NCBI GenBank assembly: GCA_040901675.1
Contig: JBBDYJ010000010.1
Span: 362,599-426,598 of the forward strand
Origin: Pirellulales bacterium
GTDB taxonomy: Bacteria; Planctomycetota; Planctomycetia; Pirellulales; JAICIG01
Length of the DNA: 64,000 nt
Reading direction: 5' to 3'
In this document: in pieces, positions 58,525 to 64,000 of the stretch
Layout of the letters: every line of letters begins with the position of its first letter
Position numbering within the stretch: the stretch's first letter is position 1
Notes under the pieces: model-generated
What the model was told of the DNA's origin: nothing
The model's input: the letters and a program-made list of their open reading frames with translations, nothing else
Database searches by the model: none
Position numbers and translations under genes: made by a program

Positions 58525-59979
58525 TCACACCCGGATGAGCTCCTTTTCCACCATGACGGCTTCGGCCGCCCGGGAGATGGCCTCTTCCTTGCTGATCCGC
58601 CCTTCCCTGGCCAGCCGGATCAGCGACTCATCCATCAGCGCCATGCCGAGTTTCTTGCCCGTCTGCATCAACCCCGTGATCTGGAACACCCGCTCCTCGC
58701 GGATCAAATGCCCGATCGCCGGCGTGTTGATCAGGATCTCCAGGGCCAGCACCATCGACTTGCCGTCCCTGCTGGGCAAGAGCAGTTGCGAGACGATCCC
58801 TCGCAGCGACTCGGACAGCATCGCCCGGATCTGCCCCTGCTCCCTGGCCGGAAAGATGTCCAGCACCCGGCCGATCGTGCGCAGCGCGTCGGGCGTGTGC
58901 AGCGTGGCCAGCACCAGGTGGCCCGTCTCGGCGGCCGTGATGGCCAGCGCCGTCGTCTCCAGGTCCCGCAGCTCGCCGACCATGATCACGTCGGGCGCTT
59001 CCCGCAGCGTGGCCCGCAGCGCGTTGCCGAACGACTGCGTGTGCATGCCCACCTGACGCTGGTTCACGTGCCCCTTCTTGCAAGCATGCACGAACTCGAT
59101 CGGGTCCTCGATCGTGATGATGTGCGCCGCCCGGCTGGAGTTGATCAGGTCGACCATGGCCGCCAGCGTGGTCGTCTTGCCGCACCCCTTGGGGCCGGTG
59201 ACCAGCACGATCCCCACGTGGTGATTGGTCAACCTCTTGACCTGGTCGGGGAGCTTCAACTCCTCGAAGCTCGGCACTTGGGGCGGAATCAAGCGAAACA
59301 CGGCGTCCATGCCCCGATGCTGGCGCAGATAGTTGGCGCGGAAGCGGCCCAGCTCCGGGCCGCCATCGAAGCAGAAATCCAGATCGTTGGCTTCCAGAAA
59401 TTGCCGCTGGTCGCCATCGGCCAGGATCGCCAGGCACGATTGCTCGCAGACTTCGGCCGAGAGCGGATCCATCGGCAGGTCGCGCAGGTTGCCGGCCACT
59501 CGCACCACCGGCGGCATGCCGGCCTTCAGGTGCAAATCCGAGGCGCCCGCCTGTCGTGCTTCTTTCAGCAGCCGTTCGATCAGCGCCTTGCCGGCCGGCA
59601 TGCTTTCGAGCCGCGGCGCCCGCCCGGCGGTCGTCGCCGGCTGCGGCGGCTTGCCCGGCTGGCTGGGGGCTGTGCGCGGCTCGGCGGCCGCCTGGCGCCG
59701 GGTCGGCTGCGCTTCGGCGTCATCCTTGGGCTTTTCGGCATGCACCCCGGATGCGCTGCTCAGGCCCGCCTGTTCGGCCATGACGGCATCGAGTTGGCGG
59801 CGATAGACCGAGAGCACCTGGTTGGCCGTCTTGGCGGCCAGAACCTTGCGATCGACGAGTTGCTTGACCGCCTGTTCCGGGTTGGGCGTCTCGTTCAACA
59901 GTGCTTCGAGGTCGGCCTCGGCTAGCAGCTTGTTGTGAAGGATGACGCGTTTGAAGATCTGCTGGGCGAGGGTGGACAT
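58525..59979 (-). CDS. PilT/PilU family ATPase with N-terminal extension
   Basis: ASDLH, GPKGCGKTTT, TIEDPIE, VGELRD, ATLHT; about 125 extra N-terminal residues. Confidence 0.9.
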   Translation of the reverse strand: MSTLAQQIFKRVILHNKLLAEADLEALLNETPNPEQAVKQLVDRKVLAAKTANQVLSVYRRQLDAVMAEQAGLSSASGVHAEKPKDDAEAQPTRRQAAAEPRTAPSQPGKPPQPATTAGRAPRLESMPAGKALIERLLKEARQAGASDLHLKAGMPPVVRVAGNLRDLPMDPLSAEVCEQSCLAILADGDQRQFLEANDLDFCFDGGPELGRFRANYLRQHRGMDAVFRLIPPQVPSFEELKLPDQVKRLTNHHVGIVLVTGPKGCGKTTTLAAMVDLINSSRAAHIITIEDPIEFVHACKKGHVNQRQVGMHTQSFGNALRATLREAPDVIMVGELRDLETTALAITAAETGHLVLATLHTPDALRTIGRVLDIFPAREQGQIRAMLSESLRGIVSQLLLPSRDGKSMVLALEILINTPAIGHLIREERVFQITGLMQTGKKLGMALMDESLIRLAREGRISKEEAISRAAEAVMVEKELIRV

Positions 59980-60137
59980 CCGCACGTCCCGAGGGGACCC
60001 GGCCTGGGCGCGGAAGTAAGCCAAACGCTGGCCCCAGCCGACCATCCCCGCCAGCGAGCGTAGCCAGACAGCAGCGCCGGTGCAACGTTTTTCACTCCCA
60101 CATCATCCACCCCCGGAATGGGCATTCTCGCCGTTCC

Positions 60138-60214
60138 GCAGAACGGAATTTCAGTCCGTTTGGCTCCGCATGCATGCGGATCAGTACGAAGCAACGGAAT
60201 GAATTCCGTTCTAC
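60138..60214. repeat. REP family B inverted pair (REPIN)
   Basis: GCAGAACGGAATTTCAGTCCGTT ... AACGGAATGAATTCCGTTCTAC. Confidence 0.82.
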
Positions 60215-61671
60215 GCAAACAGACCCAGGATCGGATGGCCGTGGTCGACCAGGCGATGGGGCCGGTCAAGCGCGTCGCGCAGCTCGGTGGCGTGATCGAT
60301 CCCCAGGGCGTAGTAGAGCGTGGCGATCAAATCGTAGGGGTGAACCGGGTCGTGGCGGGGAAAGGCGCCGTAACGGTCCGACTCGCCGTACACCAGCCCG
60401 CCGCGCACGCCGCCGCCGGCTATCAAAAAGCTGTAGCACTCGGGCCAATGATCGCGCCCGCCAGGACCTACGTTATCGGTCGTCGGGGCGCCAATCCGGG
60501 GCGAGCGGCCGAACTCTCCCACGGCCACCACCAGCGTCGTCTCCAGCAGGCCGCGCTGGGCCAGGTCGTCCACCAGCGCGCTAGTGGCCCGGTCGAACAC
60601 GGGGCAGCGGTGATCGCGAAGCATCGGAAAGTTGTTGCGGTGCGTGTCCCACGAGCCGTCAGGTCCCGGCGCCGGCTCGGTGTCCGATCCGCTCGGCCAG
60701 TTCACCTGCACGAAACGCGTACCCGCTTCGATCAGCCGCCGCGCCAGCAAGCAACTCTGACCATAACGCGTCTGGCCGTACCGCTCGCGCAGCGCCGGCG
60801 GTTCCTGGCTCAACTCGAATGCCCGCACCGCCTGGCTCGACTCGATAATCGAAACCGCCTTGTTGAAAAAAGTGTCGAACTGCCCGTTCGGCGCGGCGGG
60901 CGTGGAGAGTGCCGACCGCAGGTCGACCCGCGCCTGCAAGCGGCGCAGCGGCATTTCGGCCGGCAGCGAAAACCCCTCCAGACGGATGGGCCGCGTGGGA
61001 TCGTCGTACATCTGGAATGGATCGTAGCCGGCGCCCAGCAATCCGGCCCCTTGCCCGACTCCCTGGACCGCGCCTTCCTTGATCGGGCCGGCCAGGGCCA
61101 CGTATCCCAACGTGCCGGCCGCCGCCGGGCGGTACCGGGCCGCCACCGATCCGATGCTGGGCAGGTCCTCGCGCGAAGGGGGCACGGCCAGGCCGGTGGG
61201 CGAGAAGTTGCTCGGATCGTGGCCGGTCATCAGCATGTAAATGGCCGACCCATGGTTGCGCAGCCCCTTGGGCTTGACGCCGATCGACCGAACGAGGGCG
61301 AACTTGTCGGCCTGCTCGGCCAGCATCGGCAGAACTTCGCCCAGCAACATGCCTGGCGCCTTAGTGGCGATCGGTTTGAACTCGCCGCGTATTTCCGCCG
61401 GGGCGTTGGGCTTGGGGTCCCAGAGGTCGATGTGGCTGGGCGAGCCTTGCAGGTAGAGCAGGATCACCGACTGCGCCTGCCCGAGCTGCCCTTGTGCGGA
61501 CCGGGCCTGTTCAAACCCGCCCGCCGGCCTTGCGGGCACTTCGGCGGCCGCACGCCCGCGCAGCAACTGCGGCAGGCCCAGGCCGAGAAGCGAGAGGCTG
61601 CCCACCGACAACAGCTCGCGCCGCGTCCACGAGTCGCACAGCCGGCCGCGTTTTGTAAGGATCGACAGCAT
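60211..61671 (-). CDS. DUF1501 family protein
   Basis: TRRELL, GSPSHIDLWDPKP, CLLARRLIEAG, WDTH, EFGRSP, GRDHW. Confidence 0.93.
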   Translation of the reverse strand: MLSILTKRGRLCDSWTRRELLSVGSLSLLGLGLPQLLRGRAAAEVPARPAGGFEQARSAQGQLGQAQSVILLYLQGSPSHIDLWDPKPNAPAEIRGEFKPIATKAPGMLLGEVLPMLAEQADKFALVRSIGVKPKGLRNHGSAIYMLMTGHDPSNFSPTGLAVPPSREDLPSIGSVAARYRPAAAGTLGYVALAGPIKEGAVQGVGQGAGLLGAGYDPFQMYDDPTRPIRLEGFSLPAEMPLRRLQARVDLRSALSTPAAPNGQFDTFFNKAVSIIESSQAVRAFELSQEPPALRERYGQTRYGQSCLLARRLIEAGTRFVQVNWPSGSDTEPAPGPDGSWDTHRNNFPMLRDHRCPVFDRATSALVDDLAQRGLLETTLVVAVGEFGRSPRIGAPTTDNVGPGGRDHWPECYSFLIAGGGVRGGLVYGESDRYGAFPRHDPVHPYDLIATLYYALGIDHATELRDALDRPHRLVDHGHPILGLFA

Positions 61672-61823
61672 GTCGACATGCTCCAGGTCATCGCGCCCCC
61701 CACAGCCTACGAGTTATGCCAGGAAGCGTCAAAGAAAAAGGCAAGCACGATGCCGCGGATGGTTCTACCGGGCAGCAGCCAGCCCATAACCGGGCATTCT
61801 TCCCAACCGGGTCAAGCGATAGG

Positions 61824-62270
61824 TCAGCTCCAAACCCGAATGAATCTGCCGGGCGTTACGACTTCAAACCTCAAGCTTCGCTGGAAACCGGACGGCAATT
61901 CCAAGAGATCGAGGTCGTTGGTAATGAGATAGGCTGCTTTGCCGGCGGTCGCAGTAGCTAGCAGCAGATTGTCGTCCGGATCACGGCTCTCCGTGTACCT
62001 ACGGCCAAGGCTAACAAGGGACGAGCGTGAATCCGCCAAAAATCGCCGCTGCCAATTCTCAATCAAAGTGGGATCCATCCCCAAGATATCTTGGAAGATG
62101 CCCAGATACTCGTCGACGAGGCCATCGGAGACGACGAGTTGCAGCCGCTTTTCTGTCAGCCAGAGACGTACGATACGTTGATTGGGGCTGGCGGAAGACC
62201 GAGTCTTGAGGGCCCGCACAAAGACGTTTGTATCGAGCACCACGCGAATGCGTTGCTTGCGGGGAACCAT
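61824..62270 (-). CDS. PIN-domain putative toxin
   Basis: VVLDTNVFV, RDPDDN, ITNDLDLL. Confidence 0.9.
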   Translation of the reverse strand: MVPRKQRIRVVLDTNVFVRALKTRSSASPNQRIVRLWLTEKRLQLVVSDGLVDEYLGIFQDILGMDPTLIENWQRRFLADSRSSLVSLGRRYTESRDPDDNLLLATATAGKAAYLITNDLDLLELPSGFQRSLRFEVVTPGRFIRVWS

Positions 62271-62300
62271 CCGGGGCACCTGCGCGAACGCCAAGAAAGG

Positions 62301-62525
62301 TCATTTTTTCCGGCGATAGCGGCGAATGGCCTCTTCTGTGTCTCGTGCACGAAGAGGGGAGCGCCGGGCGGCTGCCGCTGAAAGTGAGAGAAGCTCGTCA
62401 TCCGCGATCCGGCGCAAGAAATCGCGCAAGGCCTCGTTGGCAACCGTCTCGGGCTTCCGCTGGCGCTTTGCGGCAACCGCCACGAGCTGCTTCCAAACGC
62501 CCTGTCGGATGGTCACTTCGGGCAT
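62301..62525 (-). CDS. Putative ribbon-helix-helix antitoxin
   Basis: 74 aa with beta-helix-helix pattern (EVTI...VANEALRDFL), directly upstream of the PIN gene. Confidence 0.7.
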   Translation of the reverse strand: MPEVTIRQGVWKQLVAVAAKRQRKPETVANEALRDFLRRIADDELLSLSAAAARRSPLRARDTEEAIRRYRRKK

Positions 62526-62613
62526 TGCAATTGTTTCCTGCAAGCTATGCGGGACGCGGTTTCCGCAGAGTACATCGCTTACCATCCTACCATGATTCGT
62601 ACCGTTTGGCAGC

Positions 62614-63678
62614 TCACCGCGCTTCCCGCTCCAGCAGGGCATGCTTCCGCTCGAGGCCCCAGCGGTAGCCGTTCAGGCTGCCGCGGCTTCCGATAACCCG
62701 GTGGCAGGGAATGACTACCGCCAGGCGGTTCGATGCACAGGCGCGGCCCACGGCCCGCGCGGCTCCAGGGCAGCCGATCCGCGCGGCAACCTCCGCATAG
62801 GAGGCCGTTGTGCCGGCGGGGATCGCTTGCAATGCCTTCCAGACCCGCTGCTCGAAGGCCGTGCCCTGAATGTCCAAGGGCAGGTCCAGCCCGCCGCCGG
62901 GCGCTTCGATCGACGACAAGACGTGCGCGACCCAGGCCGAAAACTCCGGGTCGCCGTCAGCAAGCTCGGCCTGCGGGAACCGCACGGCGATCCGCTCGCG
63001 CAATGCCTGGCGCGTATCGCCGAACTCGATGGCGCAGACGCCCCGCTCGGTCGCCGCTACCAGCACCCAACCCAGAGGCGACCGCGCAACGGCCAGGCGG
63101 ATCCGCATTCCGGCCGCGCCGTTTTTGAGCTGGCCCGGCGTCATCCCCAAGCTCTCGCCGGCCTGGGCATAGCACCGCCCGCTCGAGCCGAACCCCGCGC
63201 CGAGGATGGCCTGGGTGATGCCGCCGAGGCGCGACAGCTCCTGCCGTAGCCGCTTCGTTTGCCGCGCGGCCCAGTACCCCTTGGGCGTGACGCCGACTAC
63301 GGCCTTGAACCGCCTATGAAAGTAATACCTGCTCAGCCCGGCCGCCTCGGCCAGCTCGGCCAGCGACGGCGCTTCGTCCGCCTGGTCGATCAACCGGCAC
63401 GCTCGCACGATCGCCTCCTGGTTTGCGGGCTGAGTCACGGCCGCCTTGGGCCTGCACTTTTTGCAGGCCCGATAACCGGCTTGCTCGGCCTCGGACCATT
63501 CGGCGAAGAACCGCACGTTGGCCCGCTTCGGCAGCCGCGAGGGGCAGCCCGGCCGGCAGTAAACGCCCGTCGTCCTAACGCCGAAGACAAATGCTCCGTC
63601 CGCGGCGCGGTTGCGCTTGGCAACGGCGTTCCAGCGTCGGGTGTCGTCGGCAAACATGGCAGGCGTGGGGCGGCGCAT
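62614..63678 (-). CDS. ada: Bifunctional transcriptional activator / O6-methylguanine-DNA methyltransferase Ada
   Basis: TTGVYCRPGC, CKKC, AraC HTH, IPCHRV. Confidence 0.95.
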   Translation of the reverse strand: MRRPTPAMFADDTRRWNAVAKRNRAADGAFVFGVRTTGVYCRPGCPSRLPKRANVRFFAEWSEAEQAGYRACKKCRPKAAVTQPANQEAIVRACRLIDQADEAPSLAELAEAAGLSRYYFHRRFKAVVGVTPKGYWAARQTKRLRQELSRLGGITQAILGAGFGSSGRCYAQAGESLGMTPGQLKNGAAGMRIRLAVARSPLGWVLVAATERGVCAIEFGDTRQALRERIAVRFPQAELADGDPEFSAWVAHVLSSIEAPGGGLDLPLDIQGTAFEQRVWKALQAIPAGTTASYAEVAARIGCPGAARAVGRACASNRLAVVIPCHRVIGSRGSLNGYRWGLERKHALLEREAR

Positions 63679-63809
63679 CAGCGGTCTCCTGGAGATCAAT
63701 GCCGCCGGTCATCTTACCGCGGCGGCCCGCAGCGCGGATATCCGCTTCTTGCGGTGCAATTCGATATGCTTGCCGACAGCGCGGCCGACGTGGCGAAGCT
63801 GCGCCAGGG

Positions 63810-63872
63810 GCTATGGGTCGCCCCCGCCGTGCCGCCAACCTCGACCCGATCGAGGCCCTGCGCTACGAGTAG
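63810..63872 (+). pseudogene. 3' remnant of a MacB/FtsX-type ABC permease gene
   Basis: RRAANLDPIEALRYE* is the canonical C-terminus; no permease gene lies upstream. Confidence 0.65.
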
Positions 63873-64000
63873 CGCCTTGAACCTTCACGCGTCGTGGTGC
63901 CAAATGTTAACCGTGACGCCCTGCGTGCGGTTCTCACCTCGGGCTGCCTGACAGCAGCAGCCGGAGACCGGAGGATATTGTCGGGCCTCAAGTCTCCAGC

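Overview
High-GC bacterial chromosomal window, very probably from a planctomycete (Pirellulales-like). The evidence is two DUF1501 genes, a DUF1549/DUF1553 planctomycete cytochrome c gene, DUF4058, an ECF sigma factor paired with a Ser/Thr kinase, and the rpe-phosphatase-accD-kinase block. About 55 ordinary genes are present (sugar catabolism, ScpB, SppA, SufU/SufS, an S1 paralog, a PilT pair, RdgB, Ada and two toxin-antitoxin-like pairs). I saw no rRNA, tRNA, CRISPR array, transposase or integrase. The unusual signal is in the intergenic DNA, which holds many tiny repeat elements. The strongest observation is a 24-bp hairpin (GACTTCGGCGAGCTCAGTCGAGTC) found at one exact position inside a 27-bp REP-like palindrome. 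Four host copies are empty, one carries a single insert, and two carry an insert nested inside a copy of itself. This suggests a self-targeting micro-mobile element. Also seen: several GTAG-type REP/REPIN families (one in frame inside a kinase gene, one nested inside another), a 110-bp MITE, 7-, 8- and 9-mer tandem arrays that bracket cargo genes, two gene remnants and two probable frameshifts. All product calls come from motifs recognised by eye; no database searches were run.
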